NCBI RefSeq assembly: GCF_009914755.1
Contig: NC_060931.1
Origin: the human T2T-CHM13v2.0 reference genome, Homo sapiens
Length of the DNA: 64,000 nucleotides
Reading direction: 5' to 3' (one strand)
A program made the position numbers and the translations under genes. Below are positions 25,463 through 40,797 of this stretch, one piece after another; the first letter of the stretch is position 1, and every line of letters begins with the position of its first letter. Under the pieces are notes generated by a model. It saw only the letters and a list, made by a program, of their open reading frames with translations. It was not told where the DNA came from and did not search any database.

Positions 25463-28032
25463 CTAATAAACTTGCTTTCACTTTACTCTATGGATGCACC
25501 CTAAATTCTTGGATCTTGCGTGAGATCCAAGAACCCTCTCTTGGGGTCTGGATCAGGAACCCTTTCTAGTAACACTTCCATGCACCATTTCTATAGTTTC
25601 TTACCAGAGAAGTTTCTCTGAACATGTGGAGCACCGGAAACCACGAGGAGGCGGCTCAGCATTCACTCCTGAGCATGAAGCTGGCTCTTGGTGGTGCTTC
25701 TCTGCAATTGCCTTTTGCTGCTGATGATCACTCTTCTCTTCCTTTGGGAGAGTGAAAGGGAAAGGAAGCCATCTGAAGGGTCTTCATGGTTATTTTTTAA
25801 AAAGAAAAATCCCAATATCTAGTACTAAACCCCTGACGGACCAAATCAGACCCTCGGGGGGATAGGAGGGACACAGGTGTGTGTGATGTAAACCCCCCTC
25901 CCCAGGAGTGTCCAGTGTGTGACCAAGGTCAAGAATCACTCACCAAATGAAAGAAGGGTCCCTTTGGTAAGTGCATCAAAATAAGGTTACCAAAAGAAAA
26001 AACTGAATACCCAAATACTGCCCAAAACATGGTTTATGAAAAACAATAAAGCCGTTAGGTGGTTAAATCACAAATAGTAAAGGCTGTACCATCAAGCTTG
26101 CAAAGAGACCAGGCTCTCCGGCCATTTTATAAGGAAGCTCACTCAGAGGAGATGTTTTTACCTAAATTTGAGGAGAACTGATCTGCCTGTTTGCAACTGG
26201 AAAGCAGACTTGAAACAAACAAATGAACAATAAATTTGCAGTGTGGGGCAGGACTCGGTGGCTCCAGTGAAAGCACCTCATTATGAGGAAGATGTGAAAT
26301 TATTACTGTGTTTTGAATTGGCTGCTAACCTACTCTGAAAGATAGAAAAAGATGCTGCTTTAAAATGAGGGCTGTGCTTTTCTGAAAATACAGCAGGTGC
26401 CTTGCTGTGAAGAGTAAGGAATCGTATGGCCTTATGGTTAAAGGGATCTTGGCAAACCAGGGCTACTCAATCCATACCTATACCAGGATGTTTGCATACC
26501 TATACCAGGATGTTTGTTTTGCAGGAACTTGGTGTTAGAATGGAAATTAGAATTGAAGACATCTACCCATAGGTCTGGTGATCTTTCTGCTCCCATACCT
26601 GTCTTTCTACTGTCTGAGATCATAGTAAATGATAAAAACAGAAAATAGGTTCTAAGGTATGCTGGCTTTAGTAATAAGATTCTTTTTCTCATCTGTAACA
26701 CTACTGTTACACTTCTATAACAAACACTATTTGTTACCTCTCCAATGTCCTTTGGGCTCTATCAGTGTTTTCTAAAATGAGGGACATTTATGTTGGTCAG
26801 GTTGTGCACTGCACAACTATAACAGATGTCATTTGTAGTGCAGTCTCTGGCTTCTGGAGCAGTGCAGCATGTAGCCTAGATAGGGGGTCGCCATTATGGG
26901 AAGCAAATAGACATGGCCTCGTGTAACATACAAAGCAAGTCATTTCCTGTTCATTTGTCTTTCAGTCCTTCTGATTTTATAAAGAGAAAGTCTCTATTTG
27001 GTTCTGGCACGCTTTTAACACCTCTCCCATGATTGTATTTTACCTTATAATAAAGAGAGAACAGGCTTCTGGTTAGTGCCTCACAGGCAATAGAATTACT
27101 CAGTAGGGATGTAAAGTTTTATCAATAGATTTATATAAATAAGAAATTTAACCAATTTTGTGAAAATAAGTAAATAAATAATACTTGGATTTTACAGTAT
27201 ATGTCAAGAAAAATATGAAGGTGATTTTCACATGATTGGAGTTTGGGAAACACTGGGCAGTAGAGAAAGATCACCCCAAGCGCTAGGGCCTAGCATGGGG
27301 CTTTAAGAACACATTTTTATAGGGGGATGAGGTAAACAAAAGACTTACACATTATGATTTAAGTTGACTTGATTTCAAAAGACTTACACATTATGATTTA
27401 AGTTGACTTGATTTAAAACAATTCTGCTCTATTGGAAACATCCAATCTTTTTTTCTTCTAGTTATTTCCCTCTTTGATAATAAGTACAGCCTGTTTCTAA
27501 ACCATTATATGGTCCTTAGGAATATTTTTAGAACAGTAGTTACAAGGTAGAAAAAGTAACCCCCAGCCCTGAGTTAAGGTTTATTTTAAGGTCACAGAAT
27601 GCCAGGCAATTGCCGTGATTTACCTCTCAGAATTATGGACTCTGTTGTGTTTCTTCCTTTTTGTCTAATTTAGGGAATCTTATTTGCTTGGAATGAAAAG
27701 GATTTGCCAGCAGGAAGACAGCCACAGATGGCAGTGCACATTCTGTAAAATACAAAAACAAAACAAACACCAGAAAAAATAAATCCAAGAGTCTGATCCC
27801 ATAAATTTCTGCACTAAGGAGCAACTCCAAACTGCACACCAAGCTGCTTTAAAAGGCGTTTGTGTTAAGCCTTAGAGTGTTTTATCACATTCGTGATATT
27901 TGATACAGAATACGTCAGACCAAAAGCCACATCCTAGGATCTTCTTTAAAATATCATTAAAATAGATGAAGCATTTTAAGATGTAAAGTTTCATTTCCTA
28001 AGGGATCCTCTAGTTGTAAAGATTGCAGCTAG

Positions 28033-28332
<300 letters not shown>

Positions 28333-29549
28333 ACAGCTAGTTATTTTAAAGGACTTCTAGTAGGTCCAGGCTAGATTCTCAGCAAAGTTTGCATGGTATG
28401 TGATGTGTGGTGCATCTCACCCCAGAAAGGACCTGGGAGTCCTTCTGTAAATTGCTAGCAGGTGAATTCACAGCATCCACTGTAACCTTAAGTTATCTGG
28501 TTCTCTGCCCTAACGCTAACCTGCATCTGACACTGGGAGGTCCTTGACCAGGAATTCTCACAGCTCCTCCAACAGGGAAGTGGGTAGGAGATGGAAAATT
28601 CAGAAGCAGGAGTGGAGGGAAGGGAGTTAACACCCAATTCTCCACCTCCCCCAGAACCAAGGCCAGGATTGTCAAGAATCCAGGGTTGAGAATCCCCTGC
28701 CAAGCTGGTCCAGTGGATTCACTCAGGTTGGCAGAGTGGCTGAAAACCAGCCCTCTTAGGCACGTGGGTCTTCTCCCAGATATATTAGGAACTAGATGGA
28801 ACTTGGCACTTGGGATCACTCAGTGTAACAACCCCATACCCCCATTAGACTTGAGTATACCCAGCACTGAGCTAGGAACTCAGGCTTCCCGTCACCACAT
28901 CGGACACTTTACCACTGGCCACAGATTGGTTTCTGAAGACCTCTTACCTCCATCGTTATGACTTCTAAGTTGATTTCTGTCTATATTCCAAGTTTCCTTT
29001 CTATCATCTGGCCATAAAATATTTTTATATCTTCATGTGCAAAGAGTTATGGATATAAAGAACTTTTTAAAATTACATATATCATCTATTCTGTTTTCTT
29101 CCTAACTACAAGCTGATCATTGGTTTTCTTTACCACCTGCAAGCACTTAAAAGTAATCATTCCTGCTCTTATAATTACATCTTAATTATTTCTGAACAGA
29201 TCCCTTTTCTCTCCTTATGCTAAGACTGCATGATTAATGCATTTTTATCTCTCACACTCAGTCTTTTTATTATGTTATTTGTCTTTTTCCCTCTTCAGTC
29301 ACCAACACAGTTCACACTTAATCGTGTGAAGAAAAACTATCATCCCTTGCTTGCTAATGTGCATTTTCCTGCAAAGATCCAAATTCCACTTTTCCTGCAA
29401 AAACACCAAGCGCATTTATGTATCTCAAATCAACTATGGTATTAGTCTTACCTATTTTTGCCTGGTCATTTTAGTTGTATCCCACCTTTTGTTTCTACAG
29501 TGTTTTCATAGAAAATCAGTTTCTACAGTGTTTTCATAGAAAATCACAT

Positions 29550-30540
29550 TGTATCCATGATTTTGTTGAGTCAAAGGATATGTGTGTTTTTAATTTTGAT
29601 ACTGCTACAAACCATCCTCTAATGATATAATCCGATTGACAGTCCAGCAATCTATGAATACCTTTTCCCCACATCCTCACCAAAACAGTGCATCATATTA
29701 TTCTTTTAAATGTGGCTGTTCTATATGAAAAATAAAATTTTCTTGTTATAGTTTGTATTTCATTAATTATGAGTTGGGTTAAGTATCTTTGCATATGTTT
29801 ATATATCATTTATATTTATTTTTCCATAAACTCCCTCTTTATATTCTTTGCTCCAATAATTATTTATATCTTTATATTCTTTCCTATTGATTTATAAGTA
29901 TTCTTAATATATTAAGTAAATTAGTATTTTTAATGTTTTCCTTGTTTCATCTCAATTTTTTTGAATTTATGGGATTTTTTTTTCCATGTAAAAGTTACTA
30001 AATTTTACATGGTGAAATGTAAAGTGTTTTATGGCTTTTGGGTTTTGTGACATACCTTCTCCATTTAGAACTTATTTTTTAAATTATTCCATGTTTTTTA
30101 TAATAATTTTGTGTTTTATTTGTAAGTTCTACGTATTTTCTTCCCTGGAAATTTATTTGGGTGGAAGGTGGAAGGTAAAAATCTCACTTTATTTTTTCCC
30201 AAATGGCCCACTGTTCCAGCCCCATTGGTTGAGGCTCCATCCTCTCCACCTTTACCATCTTCTAAATTCCCTTCATTTCTGAGTCCCTACTGGACTCTCT
30301 GGTCTATTACATTGATATGATGCCTTGTGACATGGGAGCAAACTGCAGTACTTATCATTGAGCTTTTATTATCACATTTAGTGGCTCATAGAGCTAATTT
30401 CCCTTTTTTTCTGAGTTTTTTTTCCCAGAATTTTCCTGTTCATCCTTGCACATTTGCTTTTCCCATGTGGATTTGAGAATTTTAATCATTTTATTGGAAT
30501 TGTTTAAAATTTTTACTGGGATTAAGGTTTATGTATAAGT
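29550..30540 (-). mobile_element. Highly degraded old L1M-like sequence
   Basis: T-rich tract with L1M-like phrases (ccccacatcctcaccaa, gtttgtatttcattaatta). Boundaries are rough. Confidence 0.45.
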
Positions 30541-30629
30541 TCATTACCTGGTGATGCCCAGTTACACCATGCGTGTCTTCTCCATCTCTCTCCAAGTTGC
30601 GAAATGATTCAGATAAGTGTCATCCAGAT

Positions 30630-30768
30630 TTTAATGTGCTTAGAATCACCTGGGGGAAATTAGCAAATGCAGATTCAGCTGGTCAAACATGGGATTAGAG
30701 ATTCTGCATTTCCAACAAGCTCCCAGGTGCTGCTGATGCAGCGGGTCCCTGGAACACACTGGGAGTGG
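30630..30768. mobile_element. MER5A-like DNA transposon
   Basis: ttagaatcacctggg...ctgcatttccaacaagctcccaggtg. Confidence 0.65.
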
Positions 30769-33700
30769 CAAGGAGATAAGCAGCCTTGAGGCACTGCCTC
30801 TGGTAGATTTCATAGGTTTCCCCTGGAAAACCACTTGAGCCCACTGCTTCTTGTGGGAGCAGATCTTTGACAACTCTCTCAAGTTATTTTATGATAATCT
30901 GTCTAATTAGATTTTCTTTCTCATCTAGGATAATACCCGTTATTTTATCTTTTTCTAGAAATTCGTGCATTTAACCTAGGTTTTCAAACTCATTACTGTG
31001 GAGTTGAACAGAAACTTGTTAATAATTTAATTTCCATTCCCTTTTTCGTGTTTTTTATATTGAATGTTTCTGTTGACCCCCCCCCCTTATTGATTAGATT
31101 ATGTGGCTTTTTTTTTTCTTTTCTCAAAGAACCAGCTCTTAGATTTATTTGTCAATTCTTTGTTTTCTTTCTACTGTCGTGTCTTCTTTAAATTTATATT
31201 TGCTGGCCTCTAACTTTCTAATTTGAATGTTTGGCTCTCTCTCTTATTTTCCTTCTTGGTGGGGTGTGTGTATCATGGTCTTATAAGAATGTGAACCGAA
31301 GTCAACAAATCTTAAACTCCAGCCATGCTCTCTTCTGACCACACCTCTGCTGCCCCAGCCCCGCCTCCAGGACTGCACCCTCCAGATGTAATTGACACCA
31401 ATGGCTTGCACTAGACTTTTTGCTAAGGGACCTGAAAAGAACTTAGAGGCTGGCGTAAGTTGCCAAAGCCTTCCCACATCACTGAGAGAATAGACTTGGC
31501 AGGCTTGTGTTTTGAAAAGCAGTTGGGGGTGCGCTCTGTCAAGGCTCAGCCATGATGAAGAAATAATCAAAGAGCAAAACGTCACTTAAGTGGCTAAACA
31601 TGACTGGCAGCAGGGTTGGATTCCCCTTCAGCATCGAACACCTCACAGGCCATCCTCTGTGTAGACGGGCTGCTTTCTAGTGGCTCCACAGGCCTGGCCG
31701 TGTCAGGGGCTGCCTTTATTCAAAGACTTCTGTTCTGTCTTAACCAGGATCACTTAACTCTCTGAAACTCCAGTGATAAAAAAGCAAAACCGGCACAAAC
31801 ATACAGCTTTGGAACTATCTCCAAGGTCATTGTTTTTTCCCCTGCCACGAATTTCTTTCATTCCTAATTTTCCTCTACCTTTCTTTCCCTTCATCCCCTA
31901 CGATAGATTTTGAACCCCAGGGAGGTTAGGACTCTGTCCCGTTCTTCTCCCTGGGCTGTCCACCCTCCGACCCCCACCCCACCTGGCATGGCACTCAAAG
32001 GTGCATTTTCCTGGGGTCTGTGCATGGAAATCATTGCAGCTGTCAGCCTGTGTCACGTGGGGCTGGCTAAGTGCGGGGCAACGCGGTTGTACATGTTGCC
32101 ATGGTGACTTCTCTGTTGATGGCAGAACCACTGACTCCAGCAAGTCACAGTATTCATTTTTGCGTCATGCTCGTGCTACAGGAATGCTGAGTAGCCCATG
32201 AAAATGGAGGCGAGTTGAGCTCAGTGTTATCCCTTGACTTGTGTGTCTTTCCTTACCCCCAGCGATCCCCTATTCAGATGCTTCCTACTGTACCGCATTT
32301 TTGAGTATTCTTCAGTATCATGCTTCTGTTACAGCACCATATCACTCAGCTATGGAAGCACTCAGAGGAGCACAACACCCTCTAAATTATCCGCCATCAC
32401 TTCTTTTACGGCCTCATTTAAAAAGACAATTGTCAGAATTCCCACGTGTGAATTCTCACAGGGGAATCTCTGTCAGTCACCACCTGGAAATGTTAGTTCC
32501 ACCTCTGCTGGCCAATCAGCACCTCATGTCCTTGCTATGATCTCTACAGTTGCAGAAGCATTATCCTGATGAGGTTTTTAACACATCACCACATGCTTTT
32601 CAGAGAAAAGTCCTTTTATAAATACCAATAACTAAACATGATAAATTGCTTCACTCCTTTGAGATCTTTGTCTGATTCCACGTGCTCTGCATAGACTATT
32701 CAGAAATTCTAAAGACGGATGCAGATTCCTAATTCTGCTGTTGAGTTTGTTCCTGAGAGCAACGCTGAAAGACTTTTAAAAAATTAAAATCAGCTTTATG
32801 TTGAAATGTAATTGTACATAAATAGCCATATGAATGTGGGGTACAGTTATTTTAAACATAGAAAATAAGATGAATTGTTTTGGAAGTTCCCCTTTAAACA
32901 TGCTAAAATGATTTTCAATCATTGACGGGAATTTTAACTTTTAGAAAACTGGAAAGGATACAGACAAAAGTAGTGATAACTTAAATTTGTAAACTATTTT
33001 ATTTGTTGAAATGCTTTAATGCATGATTTTGTTTTATCCTGGAATGGCCACATGTGGTAGGCAAAGTGGACATTATCAGCCACATTTTAAAGATAAGGAA
33101 AATGCAGCTCAGAGAAAATAAATGTATTCATTCCCTCAGCAAACACTGACTGGGTGGCCACAGAAGTGCGGTGCACAACCCTGGCTGCACATCAGTCACC
33201 TGGGGAGCTTTTCACAAATCCCAATGCCTGTTCCCCATCCCAGAGGATTCCTGGTGTGCATCAGGATTGTGAAGCAATGGGGACTGGGTTTATAGCACCT
33301 TACTCTAAAGTATGCAGAGACTAGCATTATGAAGTGGAAAATGCATATATTTCAGATTCAGTTATTTTTTTCCCACTATTCCTTCCTCTCAATGAAAATT
33401 TTGGAGTAAAACATATAATTCCAGTTCTTTATTCTGAACTGTCTTACTATTTTCTATCACCCTTTAAATATAATGCAGAAGTCTGGAAGGATATGTAATT
33501 TGCATACCTGTTGGTGAAATCCCTGCTACTAAATACACTTTGCTTTTTCTTGTTCCACATTCCCCTTTTCGACAGGGAATAAATCATCCCCAAGGCTGCT
33601 AGAGCCAATTAAATATTTTTTCACACTCCGCTGACATGAATGAGAAGAACTGTGACAGAGCCACACGGCTCATGCCAGGACTTTATCACGCTATCTTTAT

Positions 33701-35279
33701 AATGATGTGAGCCAGGCACCAGGGAGGAATGGTGTGGGGAACCATCAGGAAGCTTTAATAACCAAGGATAATTTGTTTCATCAGTTTCTCCTTGATGGCC
33801 ATTTGCCATTTCACCTGTCAGGAAGCAAAACTAGTTGTCTTGTGAGATCTCAGGTTAACTCAAGAAGAGAACAGCTCAGACAACAATGGAAGCATATTTA
33901 GCATGGAGCTTTTATACTCAGTTCTCTGAAGTCAGCCTTCTTGGAAGAAAATACATTGTCTTGGGATTGGAATTATAAATTTCCCTTGTGCTAATGCAAC
34001 CGAAAAGAGTATTTCAAAACCAAGAGCCGAACTGGGCATTCATAAAAGACTTAAAATATGTGTAGAATTAATTTTTAAAAGCACTTTAGGTTTGCCCATG
34101 CCCCCCTTCTAACCGCACAGTGGAGACAGAATCTGGTCAGCTGTCTGTGGTCTGGGTGACTCCACCATGTTCTCAGCAACGCTCCTCATCTATGTATTAT
34201 ACTAGTTTCTGAAAACTTAAGAATAAAAAGGATCAACCTCACATTTTGATGAAATAGCAGTTACAACACAAACATCCCATGCCTATTGGCAGAACTGGTC
34301 CACAGAGCGCAGAAGCACATTCATCGTGTAAAGCTGAAAACAGCGTCTTCTGCAAGTTGAGATACCGAGGTTCCAGCAGAAGATAAAAAGCATTTAAAAA
34401 TATTTAATTATTCACTGAACTCCTTTGAAAGACACAGGATGACAAAGCAGATCAATAATATTCAGCCATTTCCAAAGGGTCCATCCACAGCCAAAGTATG
34501 GCCTTTGAATTTACTAGAAATTTCCACAGAGGGAGAGTAAAAGGAATCCCTTCATCCTTGCTTGAGTCCTAAAATAACATGCGCCTAAGTATTCTCACAA
34601 ATGATGAAGCGCATCTCTTGAGTAGACTTAAGGTGATAAAATGTTATTTTCACTGAGCTCCCAAGCCATACATCATGGAAGTCCAAAGCCCTTACTGATA
34701 ATTGCATAATGCCCAGGGGATGTGTTTCTCTGCAGAAGTCTGAAGACAATAGATCCAGGGTCTCCTGAAGACTTTCATCTTATGAATTGTGCGAATCCCT
34801 GACCACTGCCTAAGAGGAAAGGTGAAATACATCAGAGAATGTCCTTAAAAATATCCCTTTTTGACTTACTATAATTGGTTGCTTTCCTCTTTTAACTATC
34901 ATAATTTTCTCAGCCACCCTCTCCCTAGAAACTGGGGCTATTTCTATGACTCAGCAAACAACCAATTCTTGCTAATACTGCTTTGCTAATAAGGAAACCA
35001 CAAGTTCTCTTAGCTGAGACTCCTGTATAGCAGGTGTGTTCACAAAACTTGGTGAGCACCCATATCTGAGACACAGCATTCCATAAAGCCAGAGGCAGTC
35101 ACCGAGGCTGTCTGACATGCCATAATATGCCCGTATGGCTTCAGGCTTTCCACCCTGATCTGGCTGTATCCCGCATTGCACCCATGCAGCAGCAGAACCA
35201 GCAGTAAGAATGTTTTGTCAAAAAACAAATCCATAAACTTCAAAAAAATCCACGGTACAGTATTTTTAAAAATACGTCT

Positions 35280-35381
35280 AGCCAGGCGCAGTGGCACGTT
35301 GCCTATAGTCCCAGCTACATGAGTCCAGGAGTTCAAGATCAGCCTGAGCAACATAGCAAGACCCTGTCTCTAAAAAGAAAA
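35280..35381 (+). mobile_element. Alu monomer or fragment
   Basis: gccaggcgcagtggc...gagttcaagatcagcctgagcaaca. Confidence 0.75.
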
Positions 35382-36455
35382 TTTTAAAATGCATCTGTTC
35401 TCTCTCATATATGCCTTTAAACGCATCCATAGCATCAAGAACCTAAATGCCAACATCCCAATATTTTTCCTCCCTGATAAACTTGCTTTAGAGATTCAAC
35501 TTGTATTTTTGCTTTGAACCAGGAAAGGTATCCAAGGTCATACTAAGATAACCATTTATTAAACTCTTTGGCTGTTTTTTCCTAAACTGTAATAAACTCC
35601 CCCTCTCCAACATTCAAAATAATAGTAAATAATTCTCTCTGAAATTAACACAGTGTTCCTATTATTGCTTTCACAACACTAAAAAGAAATAGAACTAACG
35701 GAGTCGAACTGTGGGGCATTCTGGCAGGCAAATCATTAAATTCACACAAATGATTCGGCCAAGGGAAAAAGGACAAGGTTCTCAGAAGGAATTATTTCAG
35801 CTCCCTCTCAGACACTGCTTTAAATTAAAACACACACACACACGAGCAGCTGAAGACCTGAGTCACCAATGGTCTACATTAAATTTCTGCAACTGAAAGT
35901 CAGGCAGGTATTCAAGCACTCTGGGAGCCTGTTAGAAATACAGATGCCCAGGTCCCCCACCCAAGACCAACTCAGGCAGAAGCAGCATTTTTACCAGAGC
36001 TCAGGGCATCCGTATGCCCCTTAATGTTTGAAAGGTCTGAATCAGAGTGCTCTCCCCCAAAGGCATCTCAGACTGAGATAGAAATTGAAGAAAAAGCCTA
36101 AGGAGGTTCAGCAACTTTTTCAAGGCCGAAGAACCCACCAGTTACACAAGTGCAGAGCCCTTTGTCCCTGACATTCAGAGCCCTGCATGCATAGGAAGTG
36201 ACAGCCCCTTCCGGGGAACCCTGCTGCCGCCACGCGCATTCTGGAAACTGTGCAGCAGGAGAAACAGCGTTTTCCTTCAGACCGGGGTTTAAATGGCACT
36301 TCCCGAATTTATATTCCCCTAGATTTGGGGCTTCTTCCTTCTTGCACTCCTGTTAACATCAGCATGAATTCATAAACTCCCTGCAGCGGAAAGGAAAAGA
36401 AGCCGCGACAAACCTCAACGAAGAGCCGTACGGCACTGTTAACCAAGTGCTCCAG

Positions 36456-37102
<647 letters not shown>

Positions 37103-37543
37103 TAGCTGCTCCTGGCAGTGAGGCTCTCTGATCCAGACTTTCAAGGTTCACCCTGAGAACTACAGTAAGATACATGAGAGTGTCCTGAATGAGGAGTCGA
37201 AAGACCTCGTCCTCGTAGCAGCGACTCTGGCACCCACCAACCATGTGGCTTTCACCTAATTATCATCCATTCTGCATTTTTGCCTCCTTAACTGTAGAGA
37301 GGTTGTGGAACTACAGAATCTATAAAGGCCAGCTGTCACAATCAATACTTTACAAGTGCCCACAATATTTTACAATAACTTTGACCATTGATTTATAAAC
37401 AATTATAACCAAACATTAGGACTGGAACAATTTGCCCACCTGAGAAATAACAAGACATTTATCTCACATGAAAATGGACACCAAATACCTTACCTTCGTG
37501 TTTATTTTATGAAATACAAAATCTGAGCATATATTAATAATGA

Positions 37544-37853
<310 letters not shown>

Positions 37854-39066
37854 TAATGAGCTATTTTCAATTAAAATACCTCTTTATCGTTAATCAGACA
37901 AAAGAGTACAATGTCAGCCTACTCTGAGAGCATTAAGAAATCTTTTTCCTGAAAGGCAATTGAGACAATTCAGAAGTTAACTAAGTAACTGATGGAAAGA
38001 GGGAGTACAATGGAATCAATTGCCCACTCAGTCCTTTCATATAAAAGTTGGTTTAAACAATCATAACATATAGCCGATGACGACAAATTTGTTTATTCTG
38101 TTTCTCTTCACTCGACCTCTTTTGGTCACTGGATCTTGGACAATCATGAAAGCAGCTGCCACTTTCTCATTCCTTTAAGAAGCTGGAAATGTAAAGCTTG
38201 TTTAACTTTTCAAGTCAGGAGCCAAAAAGTCACAATCACCTTCCCCTGTTTGAAATTGGAAATGCTGGCTGGCTACTTTTTTTTTAGAAACTAGGAAGTG
38301 AAGGGTAGAGAGAGAAATGTGAAACTCAGGATCATGTCAGTACATGCCACATAATGCTCTGCCTACGGAAAAACCTGCTGACTTAGAGAAATCGCTCCCT
38401 CCCAAAAATGTGATTAGCAGGGATCCTCTCTTAAAATAAAACAATGTCCCTTATATCTTCAGCATCTTAGTCGATAACCATTTGTTTTCATATCTGTTTC
38501 AGAAATATCAATAGTGAATGGCTAAAAACATTATTTAAGAAAAACAATCATTTTCTGCTATATAACTCAGATTTGAAAACAGAATAAAATGTAATAAAAC
38601 AAAGAAGCTAAGAACAAAGGCAGAGATACCTCATCTCGCCCGGACCCACTGTAAAAATAATGTTGCAATTTAAATTAAATTATAATTAATAGCAGCAGTT
38701 TTGTTGAAGTGTCTCAAATTATTACTTTAGATGCTGAAACTCCAGTGGTTTCCATGGAGATATTTTCTCTAGGAGATGTCAGATATGATCTAATTTTTTT
38801 GTCTCTGATATATGACAACCTGAAGCTTCCAGAGCCTTTCATTTTGGGGGGTTTTATGTTAGATATTTCAATTTATTTTTATATGCACTTCAATATGTTT
38901 TGTTTGCAATTGGTTTCTGAGCCTAAATATTTTGAAACTTAGTAAATAAGAACCACAACCACCAAATTTATCTTCTGTAGTTAAAAAAAAAAAAAAACTT
39001 TACTCTCTCCTTATTCACTAGGACAGACAAGAAATTATAGGCTAAAGAATTCAAATCTCTTTTTAA

Positions 39067-39561
<495 letters not shown>

Positions 39562-40599
39562 TATAGCTGTCTTTTAAATCAATTTCTAGTACTTAAGCAT
39601 CTGCCCTGAAACTTGTTTTATAATTTTTTCACATTCTGTAAATGGAATCAAAAGTTATATTCAATATAATATTTTAAAGCACAATTTGCACGATTCCTGG
39701 TTTCATGAGTGTTTCTGTAAAGGTAACGGGCCATTCTCTCTGTGCTACTTTGGCCCATCAGGGGTCTGTATGTGTCACCAAGGGAAGGTCGGATTTCTGT
39801 GCTTCTGCAACGTGGGCTCAGTTCTTAGCTTGACACGTTGCTCAGCTGACGCTGCCGTCACGTGTAATTATCCTTTGTCAGATAAAATGTCTCCACACTC
39901 AGCTTCTGAAGAAAAGCAAACACAGTCAGAAGCCTTTAGATTCCGTTGGCTTCCCCAGGCGGCCCACCAACCACAGAAAAAGCAGTTGGGCTAAATTGGT
40001 TGGTTGCCTTAGGACCCTACAATGCTGTTGTCATTTGATAGAGCTGGTAGAGACGGATGCCTTCTCATCAGAGACAATTCAGCTGAGTGTTTAATGAATG
40101 GTTTCTGGAGCTAACTTCTGGGTTCAAATACTAGCTCCACCATTTCCTGGTTGTGTGACCTCAAACAAGTTTTTATCCTTCCAAAATGGGATGAATGTGT
40201 CAAGGCTCACATGAGGATTAAATGAGTTAGCATGAAAAGGAGAACAGGGCCTGACTTGCAGGAAGTGCTATTATTATTTCCTAAACAGCTTGTTCCCGAA
40301 ATTTGAATTTCACATAAATCAACATGAAATGTTTTGGACTCCACAATGGAAGAAAAGCACTTCTGGGCCAGTTCTACCACAACTAGCCACTTGATTTTCT
40401 GCCATTTTTGCAGCTTTGCCTTTGAAAGTTGCTCCATGGTCATAGAATTCAGAGTTGGACTGAGCCCTAGAAAGCTTTGTGTTTGAGGAAACTCTAGTCC
40501 AAATGATGACTCACTTCACATAATCTTAGAAGTTAGAGCTTTACCAGTCATTGCATCTAAACAACCTATGTGGCCTTTGTTGTTTAATGTTGGAGTTCA

Positions 40600-40797
<198 letters not shown>

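Larger units (their letters stand above)
23718..25574 (+). mobile_element. MER41 (MER41A-like) solo LTR interrupted by L1 and THE1
   Basis: TGTCAGAGG...GAACCAGAGCAACTCCATCT start, ...CCCTTTCTAGTAACA end, 4-bp TSD CTTC (23714-17 / 25575-78). Confidence 0.88.
23705..25781 (+). pseudogene. U3 snoRNA retro-pseudogene split into 23705-23717 and 25579-25781
   Basis: Rejoined sequence AAGACTATACTTC|CATGCACCATTTCTATAG...GAGAAGTTTCTCTGAAC...GAGCACCGGAAACCACGAGG...CTCCTGAGCATGAAG...TGATGATC...TCTGA is colinear with U3 along its full length. Confidence 0.92.
23612..25940. mobile_element. MER5-like hAT element split by nested insertions (halves ~23612-23704 and ~25810-25940)
   Basis: Left half agtgcttctcaa...acctggggagctttttaaaa and right half ...cccagg...gtgtgaccaaggtcaagaatcact resemble the MER5 ends. 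Confidence 0.55.

Noticed and set aside
23718-25574. MER41 as an interferon/STAT1 enhancer
   Set aside because: The tandem TTCCNGGAA GAS block of MER41B is not present; this copy is MER41A-like, internally deleted and interrupted.
25579-25781. U3 copy as a functional intronic snoRNA
   Set aside because: The 5' guide region is split by an LTR, box A and box C' (GAGGAGGC) are altered, the terminal stem is broken and no snRNA-type promoter is evident. Only boxes C and D are intact.
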